DNA from: a virus
Lineage: Duplodnaviria > Caudoviricetes
Strand: one strand, 5' to 3'
Length of the DNA: 43,788 nucleotides
IMG/VR virus record: IMGVR_UViG_3300020515_000010
Location: 1 to 43,788 of that record
A model generated the notes under the pieces. That model was not told the DNA's origin. It made no database searches and was given only the letters and a program-made list of their open reading frames with translations. Shown here piece by piece: positions 1 to 9,547 of the stretch. Both the position numbers and the translations under genes were made by a program. Numbering within the stretch: position 1 is the stretch's first letter; each line of letters begins with the position of its first letter.

Positions 1-320
1 CGATAATTTTTGAATACATTTAATAGAAACTTAATATTTTAACTTAAGTTATGAAATACTAAATTTTTAATTGTTTTTTTTTATAATTTTTTAACTGAAA
101 GTATCGGTAATTTAAATATAAAATATTCTAAAAATAGTAATTTTATGTTATTAACTCTATTTTATTGTAAACTAGCCTTTTAGTTCTAGTTTATAATAAA
201 ATAGAATTTTTAATATTAAATTAGTTTAAATGAGGAGGTGGTGTTATAATAGTTTTATATCAACTAATCCTAATATTTTATATATATATTTAATCTATTC
301 CCGCCCTATCCACCCATTAA
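1..320. other. Very AT-rich non-coding region, candidate replication origin/control region
   Basis: No credible ORF; long A/T runs; palindrome TAACTTAAGTTA at 40-51; long inverted repeat at 153-208. Confidence 0.4.
153..208. repeat. 23-bp imperfect inverted repeat
   Basis: AACTCTATTTTATTGTAAACTAG (153-175) versus CTAGTTTATAATAAAATAGAATT (186-208), 10-nt loop, 2 non-Watson-Crick positions; imperfect pairing extends to about 138/223. Confidence 0.85.
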
Positions 321-322
321 TT

Positions 323-556
323 TTATATTATAGATTTATGTTTGTCAATAGTATCTTTAATGTATTTCTCTGAATCTAAACCAAGCCTGAAGTCTGCTTC
401 GCAGTCAGTGCACCTGAAATATACTTCCATACTATCATTGACCTTTGAATAAGTAAAGTGACCCTTACCTAAAATGTCAAGTGGACATTGAACCTTGTTA
501 GCAAGATTTTTATTTACAATGCTTGTGAAATAATTCACTTCTTGTATTGATAACAT
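323..556 (-). CDS. Small Cys-containing (putative zinc-binding) hypothetical protein
   Basis: 77-aa ORF with CPLD...H...CTDC; overlaps no other gene; divergent from the RNR gene. Confidence 0.65.
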   Translation of the reverse strand: MLSIQEVNYFTSIVNKNLANKVQCPLDILGKGHFTYSKVNDSMEVYFRCTDCEADFRLGLDSEKYIKDTIDKHKSII

Positions 557-560
557 CTAT

Positions 561-589
561 TTGACTTCCCTCATAAACTAGTGTAGAAT
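561..589 (+). promoter_or_regulatory. Sigma70/SigA-type promoter for the RNR gene
   Basis: TTGACT-17 nt-TAGAAT; SD-like AGGAG before ATG 632. Confidence 0.7.
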
Positions 590-631
590 ACTATTATCTC
601 ACAAATCAAAAAACTAGGAGTTAGAACATTA

Positions 632-2572
632 ATGCCATTTATCAATGAAAACGGATCCATAGTCGATCCATACAAGAACTTTATACACATCTCAAGATAT
701 GCAAGATGGATAGAAGAAAAAAATAGAAGAGAAACCTGGCTAGAAACAGTAGAACGTTATATCAACTTTATGAAAGATCATTTAGTATTAAATTATGGTT
801 ATAGTCCAAATGCTAAAATTTTTGACGAAGTAAAAGATTCAATTTTAAATCATAAAATTATGCCTTCAATGAGAGCGTTAATGACTGCAGGTCCAGCATT
901 AGACCGTGACCACATTGCAGCATACAACTGTTCTTTTATTGCAGTAGATAGCCTACGTTCATTTGATGAAGCAATGTACATTTTAATGAACGGTACAGGC
1001 GTAGGATTTTCAGTAGAAGGAAAGTATGTAGATGAACTTCCAGTAATTGCAGAATCATTTAATCAAACAGCAACAACAATTGTTGTAGAAGATTCTAAAC
1101 TTGGATGGGCAAAAGCATTTAAAGAATTAATTGCATTATTATCACAAGGTCAAATACCACAATGGGATATGTCAAAAGTTCGTCCAGCAGGAGCAAGACT
1201 AAAAACTTTTGGTGGTCGTGCTTCTGGTCCAGGACCACTTAACGCATTATTTACATTTACAACAGATACATTTAGAAACGCAGCAGGTCGCAGACTAAAA
1301 CCAATTGAGGCACATGACTTAATGTGTAAAGTTGGAGAAGTTGTTGTAGTTGGTGGAGTGCGTCGTAGTGCTTTGATCAGTCTTTCTAATCTTGATGATT
1401 TTGAAATGGCAAAAGCAAAAAGTGGATCATGGTGGGAAACTCAAGCACAAAGATCTTTAGCAAACAACTCAGCAGTTTATAACGCTAAACCAAACACTGC
1501 ACAATTCTTACGTGAATGGAGAAATCTTTACGAATCAAAATCTGGAGAAAGAGGAATTTACAATATTGATTCAGTTCGTAAACACGTAGAATCTTTTGGA
1601 AGAAGAGACGCTTCCTTGATTGCTGGAACAAATCCATGTGGAGAAATTATCTTACGTCCAAATGAATTTTGTAATTTAACAGAAGTAGTTATTTCTGCAG
1701 AAGATACAAAAGAAGATTTAATGGAAAAAGTTAGACTTGCCACAATACTTGGAACATGGCAATCAACATTAACTAACTTTAAATACCTTCGCAAAACATG
1801 GAAAGATAATTGTGAAGAAGAAAGATTACTAGGAGTTTCTTTAACTGGAATCTATGGTAACAAAATTACTTCAACAGCAGGAAAAGCATTAGAGCAGTTG
1901 TTGACTGACATGAGATTAGAATCAGTTAGAGTTAATGATAACGAAGCAAAGAAGTTAAACATTAATCCTTCTGTATCTATTACTTGCGTTAAGCCTTCTG
2001 GCACTGTAAGTCAACTGGTCGGGGTGTCTAGCGGAATTCATCCGTGGTATTCAGAATACTATGTTAGAACTGTACGTGGTTCAAACAATGATCCATTAAC
2101 ACAATTTTTAAAAGATTCTGGAATTCCAAATGAAGCAGATGTAATGAAACCTGATGAAACAACAGTGTTTTATTTTCCTCAAAAGGCTCCAAAGAATGCA
2201 ACAATAACAAAAGATTTAACAGCCATAGATCATCTAGAGATGTGGAAGATTTATAGAACTTATTGGACAGAACATAACCCTAGCGTTACGATCAATGTTC
2301 ACGAAGATGAATGGCTAAGAGTAGGTGCTTGGGTATTTGATAACTTTGATTCAATTGGTGGTGTATCTTTCTTACCAGCGAGTGAGCATACTTATAAGCA
2401 AGCCCCATATCAAGAAATTTCTAAAGATGAGTATGAAGAATGGGTAAAGAAATCTCCTTCAGATATTCAATGGGAAATGCTTTCAATGTATGAAAAAGAA
2501 GATGGAACTACTGGATCTCAAGAATTATCTTGTGTAGCAGGGGTATGCGAAATAGTAGATATTACTAAGTAG
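632..2572 (+). CDS. nrdJ: Class II (adenosylcobalamin-dependent) ribonucleotide reductase
   Basis: PSMRALMTAG, YNCSF, GGVRRSA, TNPCGEI, TCVKPSGTVSQL and C-terminal CVAGVC; no R2 subunit gene nearby. Confidence 0.93.
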   Translation: MPFINENGSIVDPYKNFIHISRYARWIEEKNRRETWLETVERYINFMKDHLVLNYGYSPNAKIFDEVKDSILNHKIMPSMRALMTAGPALDRDHIAAYNCSFIAVDSLRSFDEAMYILMNGTGVGFSVEGKYVDELPVIAESFNQTATTIVVEDSKLGWAKAFKELIALLSQGQIPQWDMSKVRPAGARLKTFGGRASGPGPLNALFTFTTDTFRNAAGRRLKPIEAHDLMCKVGEVVVVGGVRRSALISLSNLDDFEMAKAKSGSWWETQAQRSLANNSAVYNAKPNTAQFLREWRNLYESKSGERGIYNIDSVRKHVESFGRRDASLIAGTNPCGEIILRPNEFCNLTEVVISAEDTKEDLMEKVRLATILGTWQSTLTNFKYLRKTWKDNCEEERLLGVSLTGIYGNKITSTAGKALEQLLTDMRLESVRVNDNEAKKLNINPSVSITCVKPSGTVSQLVGVSSGIHPWYSEYYVRTVRGSNNDPLTQFLKDSGIPNEADVMKPDETTVFYFPQKAPKNATITKDLTAIDHLEMWKIYRTYWTEHNPSVTINVHEDEWLRVGAWVFDNFDSIGGVSFLPASEHTYKQAPYQEISKDEYEEWVKKSPSDIQWEMLSMYEKEDGTTGSQELSCVAGVCEIVDITK

Positions 2573-2577
2573 CAACA

Positions 2578-2586
2578 TGCTAAAAT
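2578..2586 (+). promoter_or_regulatory. Extended -10 promoter
   Basis: TGCTAAAAT in the short intergenic gap; GAGG SD before ATG 2602. Confidence 0.55.
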
Positions 2587-2601
2587 AGATTAGAGGTAAC
2601 C

Positions 2602-5600
2602 ATGTCACATAAGATCTCTAATTTATTTGCATCTAGAGCATTTTCAGAGCACCCACTTGCCTTATGGGCATTAGACGATGAAATGTCTTTTATATCACTA
2701 TTAAGTCAAAACAACAAAAATATTTTAAATTGGACTAAATATAATGCAGAAGAAGCCGTAGGTGTAGACCACGCTCCAAATACTCCCCTCGTAGATGAAA
2801 TATCTTCAATAGTTATTCCTATTGCGGCATCTCCACAATACATAGATTTTTTGGGACCAAATATAAATCTTGACTTAACAAAAGATCAAGATAAAACAAC
2901 AGTAACTATATCTTCTTTTGTATACCCATTTGAATCAGCAATTCAAAGTATTGAGATTGGTTTTGCTTATAAAAATAATGCAGATGCAAATTACACATAT
3001 GACATTAGTCAAATAACTGCAAGGCAACAAGAGTGGCTTAAGATTACTCACACAATTGATTTAGTACAGAAAGATGTTTTTCGAGGGTATTTAAAAATAT
3101 ATTATTCTGGAAATGTTATAAGTAATGACTATGCTGTTCAAATAAATGGTTTATCTATTGGTCAATGGTCTGAACCTTTTCAATCAGATAGCACTGGTGT
3201 TATACCAGTAACTATTCCAGATTCTGCATTAGATTCATTAATTCCAAACGGAGATCCACTTGGAGTAAAAGTTGTTGTAGCAGATGCCTATGGGTTACTA
3301 GATGGAAAAAATGCATATTACTTTGTAGATAACAATAAGATGCTTGCTGTAAATTATGGACTACCTATGGCTTTTGGATCTGACAATGTTACAAAAATAT
3401 ATGAATCTGTTACCGAAGGAGTTCCATCTTTAGTTTTTCCTGGTCAAGGGTTTTTAAATAGATCAGGGATTTATAAACAATATACTGCAGAATTTTGGTT
3501 AAGACTATTTACAGATAGTGCAACACCAATTAAAATTTTTGGACCACTTAGTTCTAATGATGGTTTATATGTTGATGAAGAATTTTTAACTTTTAGAATA
3601 GGAAGATATACTAAGTCTCATTTTGTTGGTAAATGGTTTAGACCAATGTTAGTACATTTAAGATATAGTCCAGATAATTTTAGTGTTTTAATTAATGGTG
3701 ATACCGTTATATCTATTGAGTTAGATCAAGATTATTTGTCTTTTCCATTTCCAAGAGAAGACTGGGTAGCCTTTTATGGTAATGATAGTGTTACACCATT
3801 TGAAATAGATTCATTTGCAATATACCCATATTTAATGCCAAATCAACTTGCTAAGAAAAAATATGTTTATGGACAAGGTGTTGCAAACGTAGAGAACGTT
3901 ATTAACAACTTTAACGGAGAATCTGTTTATATAGATTTTCCATTTGCTAACTATTCTTCAACAATGAATTATCCAAACATGACTGGTTGGAACGCTGGAT
4001 TTTTTAATAACATAGAGTCAAACTCTAAGTTTTTATCTTTTCCAAAATATACTCTTCCAGAATTTGTTTATGTTGGAGATGATTTAACTGTTTTTGATTT
4101 ATCTGTAGATTATAGAACTTGGTTAGATGTTAATGAAAAAACTTGGGATTTTTGGAATAATAATGATTGGCAAAGTATGAGAATTCTTTCAGCAGCAGAT
4201 CCTTTGTATGACAATATGATTCTTCAAGATGGAGATTATACTTTTATTAAATTAAAACCAAATGATTTATATAACGAACTTAATGGGTCAATATATTTTG
4301 ATTCTATGAATCCTATTGATTCTGCTGTTAAATCAATCTTTGGAATTTTTAGAGCACCAGACGAATTGCCAGAAGAGCCAGAAGTTGTGATGCAGTTTAC
4401 TAGTAAGGTTAGTTTTAATAACTTTAGAATAGAAGTTGATACTTCTGGATTAAACTACTATTATAATGAAATACTTTTAGAAAATAAAGCATTATCAGCA
4501 AGTGCTGATTTTGTTGCTGGTATAGAATTAGATAGTTTAAACTCTAACTATGCTGCAACATTACAAAACTTTTTTGCAAGCCCTCAAAATTTATCACTAA
4601 ATGTTGGAGGGTATGAATTAAGTACCTTCTCTGGAAGAATATATAAAACTAACTTTAATAACAAACTATACACATCTAAAGATTTAACATCATATATTGG
4701 TGACGATGGAATATTTAATACTACTACAGATACCTACCTTATGAAATATGTTGGAAACTATACTCATCATATTATTAAAACAGACGAAGCATTGTTAGAA
4801 GATATAGGTTGCGTTGGATATTGGGAAGACTCTTTACCACTTTCTTATTTTGCTAAATTTGTAAAAGATGAATCACAAAATGATTATTACGACTTAGATA
4901 TGTTGCAGTTTAACATAGATAGTTCATCCTCATTGATTACAGGAGGAACTCCAGTAGGAACAGAAGATACTGCACTTAAGGTAAGCACCTATATCAGTAT
5001 CCAAGACTATGCTTCGGTAGGAAATAAGCCATACACAGATTATGTAAATGTTGAGGCTATAAAAGAAAATAGGGTACTAGAAATAGATAACTACACATAT
5101 GGTCAAATAGTAAATACTAAATTTGAGGTAGTAGATGGAACAATTATATTCCCTCCAAAAGAAGAAGTAGATTTTGAAGACTATTATATAACAACACACA
5201 TTGAATTAAAAACTGAAGGTCTATTAAACAGATCTGTAAAAATTAAAAACATGTCATACTCATCCCTAGCATTTGATGAAAAAACATTTTATCCTATTGG
5301 AACTAGAACAGGAAACAAAATATATCCATTCCATAAAATAGATGACGCATATGTATTTAAAACAAGAAACCCATTTAAAATTTATAAAGACTCTACCCCA
5401 TACATTCATTTAACTGGAGATTCTGGAATATCAGTATTGCCTTATGAAATAGATGGGGTTAGAGGATTAACAATACCTATCAATAATCAAAGATCTCCAG
5501 AGTACACTCTTGGGGGTATTCAATTCTGGTTGTTCTATAACAAAGACTATACTATTAACTCAAGAACCAAAGTAGGAGAAATAAAAACTTCTGCAGTAGA

Positions 5601-6171
5601 TCTAGAAATTTATATGGAAACAGAAACAGGTAATAAAAGAGGAAAGATAAAACTTTATAATGCTGAAACTGGCCTTGAAGATACTAGTTCAATTTTTTAT
5701 CAAAACGGCAGGGTAGTAACTAATCCAGTTATAGAACCACTATCATGGACATCAATAGTAATATCATTCGCACAAGAAATAAACCTAAATAGTCAAATAG
5801 GACAATTTGAAATATATGAAGGATTTGTTTATAACAACATAGCAATGTATAATAAGTCTGCTGCTATTTTTGGTACCATTGTTCAGTCTAGAGACTGGAA
5901 TGATGTTAAATCTACAATTGTTGACATTCCAGGGCCAAATGATCCTTTAGTTAATAATTCTTGGCTGAGTTGGACAAACTATAATTGGAGAGAAGTTTGG
6001 CTAACTGAAGATATTATATCTTTTACAGTTAATGGAGAAGAAATTCATCAATCATTATTTGGTTTACCTAAGGCAACAATTAGTGATTCTTCAGTTTTAT
6101 CTTTAAATTCAGACTCATTTAGAATACTAAGTGATGCAACTTGGACAATGTATGAAGGAAAGGTTGTGTAA
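2602..6171 (+). CDS. Large beta-rich virion/minor tail protein, probable LamG/concanavalin-like domains
   Basis: 1189 aa; HPLALWALDD at the N-terminus, YTAEFWLR...W...VLING...IDSFAIY LamG-like segment, Trp-periodic motifs. Confidence 0.6.
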   Translation: MSHKISNLFASRAFSEHPLALWALDDEMSFISLLSQNNKNILNWTKYNAEEAVGVDHAPNTPLVDEISSIVIPIAASPQYIDFLGPNINLDLTKDQDKTTVTISSFVYPFESAIQSIEIGFAYKNNADANYTYDISQITARQQEWLKITHTIDLVQKDVFRGYLKIYYSGNVISNDYAVQINGLSIGQWSEPFQSDSTGVIPVTIPDSALDSLIPNGDPLGVKVVVADAYGLLDGKNAYYFVDNNKMLAVNYGLPMAFGSDNVTKIYESVTEGVPSLVFPGQGFLNRSGIYKQYTAEFWLRLFTDSATPIKIFGPLSSNDGLYVDEEFLTFRIGRYTKSHFVGKWFRPMLVHLRYSPDNFSVLINGDTVISIELDQDYLSFPFPREDWVAFYGNDSVTPFEIDSFAIYPYLMPNQLAKKKYVYGQGVANVENVINNFNGESVYIDFPFANYSSTMNYPNMTGWNAGFFNNIESNSKFLSFPKYTLPEFVYVGDDLTVFDLSVDYRTWLDVNEKTWDFWNNNDWQSMRILSAADPLYDNMILQDGDYTFIKLKPNDLYNELNGSIYFDSMNPIDSAVKSIFGIFRAPDELPEEPEVVMQFTSKVSFNNFRIEVDTSGLNYYYNEILLENKALSASADFVAGIELDSLNSNYAATLQNFFASPQNLSLNVGGYELSTFSGRIYKTNFNNKLYTSKDLTSYIGDDGIFNTTTDTYLMKYVGNYTHHIIKTDEALLEDIGCVGYWEDSLPLSYFAKFVKDESQNDYYDLDMLQFNIDSSSSLITGGTPVGTEDTALKVSTYISIQDYASVGNKPYTDYVNVEAIKENRVLEIDNYTYGQIVNTKFEVVDGTIIFPPKEEVDFEDYYITTHIELKTEGLLNRSVKIKNMSYSSLAFDEKTFYPIGTRTGNKIYPFHKIDDAYVFKTRNPFKIYKDSTPYIHLTGDSGISVLPYEIDGVRGLTIPINNQRSPEYTLGGIQFWLFYNKDYTINSRTKVGEIKTSAVDLEIYMETETGNKRGKIKLYNAETGLEDTSSIFYQNGRVVTNPVIEPLSWTSIVISFAQEINLNSQIGQFEIYEGFVYNNIAMYNKSAAIFGTIVQSRDWNDVKSTIVDIPGPNDPLVNNSWLSWTNYNWREVWLTEDIISFTVNGEEIHQSLFGLPKATISDSSVLSLNSDSFRILSDATWTMYEGKVV

Positions 6172-6183
6172 TTGTATTTGTTA

Positions 6184-6192
6184 TGGTACAAT
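6184..6192 (+). promoter_or_regulatory. Extended -10 promoter, probably leaderless
   Basis: TGGTACAAT 7 nt before ATG 6200; no SD. Confidence 0.6.
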
Positions 6193-6199
6193 TATGTAT

Positions 6200-6565
6200 A
6201 TGAAAAAGCCACAAAACCCAAAAGATGGTAATAGTAAGTTAACAGTATTACAAAAACAACAAAGATATGGCCTATATGTATGGCAAATGGACCACAATGG
6301 AAGAGCCTTTGGAGATGGAAGAGGTAACGTTATGAACATTCCAGGCGATCAATATGACTTGGGTAAGATGGCTAAAGTAAAAGAAGCAGCCCATTATTAT
6401 GGAGCACCAGCAGGAAAGGTTATTTTTATGCCAGGGGTAAGAAGAATTTCAGAAATGGAACACTCAGAACAACTTAATAGAATGAAAGAAGGATACATTG
6501 CTAGCGAAACAGATATCGGAGCATGGATGGATGCAGAAAGAGGTTTAAAAGCAAATGGAGAATAA
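6200..6565 (+). CDS. Hypothetical protein upstream of portal
   Basis: ORF track 6131-6565; start moved to ATG 6200 to remove the overlap and fit the promoter. Confidence 0.7.
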   Translation: MKKPQNPKDGNSKLTVLQKQQRYGLYVWQMDHNGRAFGDGRGNVMNIPGDQYDLGKMAKVKEAAHYYGAPAGKVIFMPGVRRISEMEHSEQLNRMKEGYIASETDIGAWMDAERGLKANGE

Positions 6566-8114
6566 CTTAGAATCTATTGCCAAAATTGACAATTTAGACA
6601 AAATGGAAAAGGCAGCGAAGTCAGATGACTTTATGGTTGATGCCGAATTAGCAAAATCTTATGATGGACTAGATACCAACTTTAAACGAAGAGCATCAAG
6701 AAACCTAAACAAAGCCTTTATGGGGCAAGAAGATAGCAAATCAAAACAACTATTCCCAGAACAAGATTTAGTAACAGCATACGGACTATACGATGTTGTA
6801 ATCCCACCATACAACCTAGATGAACTAGCATACTTTTACGAAAACTCATTTGCTAACCATGCTGCAATCAATGCAAAAGTTTCAAACATTGTTGGCCTTG
6901 GTTATTCTTTTGAAGTAACAGACTCTACAATGGCTAGACTTGAAGACGCAGAATCTGAAGAATCATTAATGAGAGCACAAAGAAAGATTCAAAGATCTAA
7001 AGCCTCTATGGCTGAATGGCTAGAAAGTCTTAACGACGAAGATACCTTTACTCACATCTTAGAAAAAGTATATACAGACGTAGAAGCCCTAGGAAATGGA
7101 TACATTGAAATTGGTCGTAAAGTAAATGGAGAAATAGGATATGTTGGACATATTCCTGCTTCAACAATTCGTGTTCGTCGTTTACGTGATGGCTACATTC
7201 AAATAGTTAATCAAAGAGTTGTATTCTTTAGAAACTTTCAAGGCACAGAAGATCAAAACCCTGTAACCACAGATCCTAGACCAAACGAACTAATTCATAT
7301 CAAGAAGTATTCTCCAAAAACTTCTTACTATGGAATTCCAGACACAGTGGCAGCAGCAACCTCTATGGTTGGAGACAACTTAGCAGGTAAGTATAATATT
7401 GACTACTTTGAAAACAAGGCTGTTCCTAGATACATTGTGTCCTTAAAAGGTGCTAAGTTATCTGTTGACGCTGAAGATAAGTTGTTCAGATTCTTACAAT
7501 CAGGACTTCGTGGACAAAACCACAGAACTCTTTACATACCACTTCCTGGAGATAGCCCAGATAATAAAGTAGAATTTGATATGAAGGCTATTGAAAATGG
7601 AGTACAAGAAGGATCATTCGATAGATATCGCAAATCAAATCGTGACGATATTTTGATGGCTCACCAAGTACCATTTTCAAAAGTTGGTGGAGGTGCTGGA
7701 GTTTCAATAGCATCAGCCTTATCTTCTGATCGTACCTTCAAAGAACAAGTTGCTAGACCTGCTCAAAGAAACTTAGAAAAGGTTATTAACAAAATTGTTA
7801 AAGAAGAAACAGATATGCTACAATTTAAACTTAACGAACTAACTCTGACCGACGAAGTTACTCAAAGTCAGATTGACGAACGATACCTACGTATGCAGGT
7901 ATTAGTTCCGAACGAAGTTCGTGAAAGACTTGGGTATCCTGTTCGTCCAGGAGGCCAAGAACCAATTGTTCTAGGTTCACAAGCAAGGGCTGAGATAGCA
8001 GCACAAGCAAGTGGAAATAGAATGAGGGATCAACAAAGAACAAATAACGCAAGCGACTCTGAAGCCACAACCTCTGGCAGAAATGCACAGGGCGAGGGTA
8101 GAGCAAGTCAATAG
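6555..8114 (+). CDS. Portal protein (HK97/PBSX-like)
   Basis: LGNGYIEIGR, HIPASTIRV, ELIHIKKY...YYGIP, YFENKAVP, VPNEVRERLGYP; position before protease and capsid. Confidence 0.92.
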   Translation: MENNLESIAKIDNLDKMEKAAKSDDFMVDAELAKSYDGLDTNFKRRASRNLNKAFMGQEDSKSKQLFPEQDLVTAYGLYDVVIPPYNLDELAYFYENSFANHAAINAKVSNIVGLGYSFEVTDSTMARLEDAESEESLMRAQRKIQRSKASMAEWLESLNDEDTFTHILEKVYTDVEALGNGYIEIGRKVNGEIGYVGHIPASTIRVRRLRDGYIQIVNQRVVFFRNFQGTEDQNPVTTDPRPNELIHIKKYSPKTSYYGIPDTVAAATSMVGDNLAGKYNIDYFENKAVPRYIVSLKGAKLSVDAEDKLFRFLQSGLRGQNHRTLYIPLPGDSPDNKVEFDMKAIENGVQEGSFDRYRKSNRDDILMAHQVPFSKVGGGAGVSIASALSSDRTFKEQVARPAQRNLEKVINKIVKEETDMLQFKLNELTLTDEVTQSQIDERYLRMQVLVPNEVRERLGYPVRPGGQEPIVLGSQARAEIAAQASGNRMRDQQRTNNASDSEATTSGRNAQGEGRASQ

Positions 8115-8164
8115 TTGTTATAAACTCTTAATATCCTTAAAACACATTATATAATGGAACTAGT

Positions 8165-9523
8165 ATGACTAATATGCATAAAGCATTTTGGCACTCAGAA
8201 AAAGACAACATCACGTTGTCTATGCCAATTGCAAAAGTAGACAAAGAACGCAGAATGGTTTCGGGTTTTGCGACACTTGACAATGTCGACAAACAATCAG
8301 ATATAGTGCCTACAGACGTAAGCATTAAAGCGTTCGAAAGATTCCGTGGCAATTTAAGAGAAATGCACATGCCAATTGCAGTAGGCAAGGTTGTGTCATT
8401 TAAATCAGATAAGTTCTATAATAGAGACGAAGACAAATTTTACAATGGAGTATACGTAGATGCATACATTTCTAAAGGTGCTCAAGATACTTGGGAAAAA
8501 GTTCTTGATGGTACTCTTACTGGTTTTTCTATCGGGGGTAGTATTAATGATTCTGACAAAGCCTATAACTCCGACATGGATAAAGAGATTCGTGTTATTA
8601 AAGACTATGACCTCCACGAATTATCACTAGTTGATAATCCAGCAAATCAATTTGCAAACATAATTTCAATTCAAAAAGCCTCTAACGGAACAAATACAAT
8701 AGAAGGAATGGCCACAAAAACAGAATTTGAAAATGTTTACTGGTCAAAAGAAAATCAAATAATTAGACTTTCAAAAGAAGAAGATCCTCGTAATGATGAA
8801 ACATGGATTGGTTTTGTTGAATCAAACGACGTAGATAAGGCTTCTGTGATAAAAGATTTATTAAAATCACAGGACATAAGACTTGGTGAAACATCCAAGG
8901 CTGATCAAATTAATAAAGGAGGTAAGAACATGGCAAAAAAAGATAATGTAGAAGCAACAGAAGTTGTTGCAGAAACAAAAGTAGAAAAGTCTGTAGATAC
9001 AGAAGTTGAGACTGTCGTTGTAGACGAAATCGTGAAGTCTGATAGTCCAGAAGAAACACCTGCTGAAGAAGCACCAGTTGTTGAAGAAACACCTGCTGCT
9101 GAAGAAGCACCTGTTGTTGAAGAAGCAAAAGAAGTTTCTGAAGAAGTTGTTAAATCTGAAACTACAGAAGCCACTCCTGCACAAGAAGTTGCACAAATTG
9201 ATTTAGCAAAGGCTGTTGAAACAGTACAAGCCTCTGTTAATGAAGTTAGCAAATCCGTTGTGACAGCAGTTGAAGAATTAGCAGCAGCCGTTAAATCAAT
9301 TAACGAAAAAGTTGCTGAAATTACAAAAGGCATTGATTCAGTTAAAGGGGAAATTACTGAAGTAAAAAACAATGTTGAAGAGTTTGGAAAGCGTGTCGAT
9401 GCAGTAGAAGATGATACAGCGGTCCGTAAATCTGGCGACCTCGGCGGGGTCGTACAGCAAAAAATACAAAAAAGGTCGATGTGGGGCGGGCGTTTCCTCA
9501 ATTCCGCTGATCTATATCGTTAA
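8165..9523 (+). CDS. Prohead maturation protease fused to an acidic coiled-coil scaffold
   Basis: RMVSGFAT, LREMH, GTLTGFSIGG, ELSLVDNPAN; C-terminal E/A/V/P-rich and coiled-coil region. Confidence 0.88.
   Translation: MTNMHKAFWHSEKDNITLSMPIAKVDKERRMVSGFATLDNVDKQSDIVPTDVSIKAFERFRGNLREMHMPIAVGKVVSFKSDKFYNRDEDKFYNGVYVDAYISKGAQDTWEKVLDGTLTGFSIGGSINDSDKAYNSDMDKEIRVIKDYDLHELSLVDNPANQFANIISIQKASNGTNTIEGMATKTEFENVYWSKENQIIRLSKEEDPRNDETWIGFVESNDVDKASVIKDLLKSQDIRLGETSKADQINKGGKNMAKKDNVEATEVVAETKVEKSVDTEVETVVVDEIVKSDSPEETPAEEAPVVEETPAAEEAPVVEEAKEVSEEVVKSETTEATPAQEVAQIDLAKAVETVQASVNEVSKSVVTAVEELAAAVKSINEKVAEITKGIDSVKGEITEVKNNVEEFGKRVDAVEDDTAVRKSGDLGGVVQQKIQKRSMWGGRFLNSADLYR
8930..9523 (+). CDS. Nested in-frame scaffolding protein (internal start)
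   Basis: Strong SD AAAGGAGGT upstream of in-frame ATG 8930 (MAKKDNVEATE...) at the domain boundary. Confidence 0.7.
   Translation: MAKKDNVEATEVVAETKVEKSVDTEVETVVVDEIVKSDSPEETPAEEAPVVEETPAAEEAPVVEEAKEVSEEVVKSETTEATPAQEVAQIDLAKAVETVQASVNEVSKSVVTAVEELAAAVKSINEKVAEITKGIDSVKGEITEVKNNVEEFGKRVDAVEDDTAVRKSGDLGGVVQQKIQKRSMWGGRFLNSADLYR
9050..9128 (+). repeat. Short tandem duplication in the scaffold (EETPA(A)EEAPVV x2)
   Basis: gaagaaacacctgct...gaagaagcacc(a/t)gttgtt repeated. Confidence 0.8.
9481..9503 (+). repeat. Left arm of long-range inverted repeat (partner 13451-13470)
   Basis: GTGGGGCG-GGCG-TTTCCTCAATT is complementary to GATTGAGGAAA-T-CGCCCCAC. Confidence 0.8.
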
Positions 9524-9547
9524 CATTCACTGGGAGGTGAAAAAATT

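Noticed and set aside
230-373. Short + strand ORF starting ATGAGGAGG
   Set aside because: No SD, low-complexity Ile/Tyr-rich product, overlaps the minus-strand gene
8867-9501. Several minus-strand ORFs (up to 198 aa) opposite the scaffold
   Set aside because: Low-complexity antisense shadows of the GAA/GCA/GTT-rich sense codons; no independent signals
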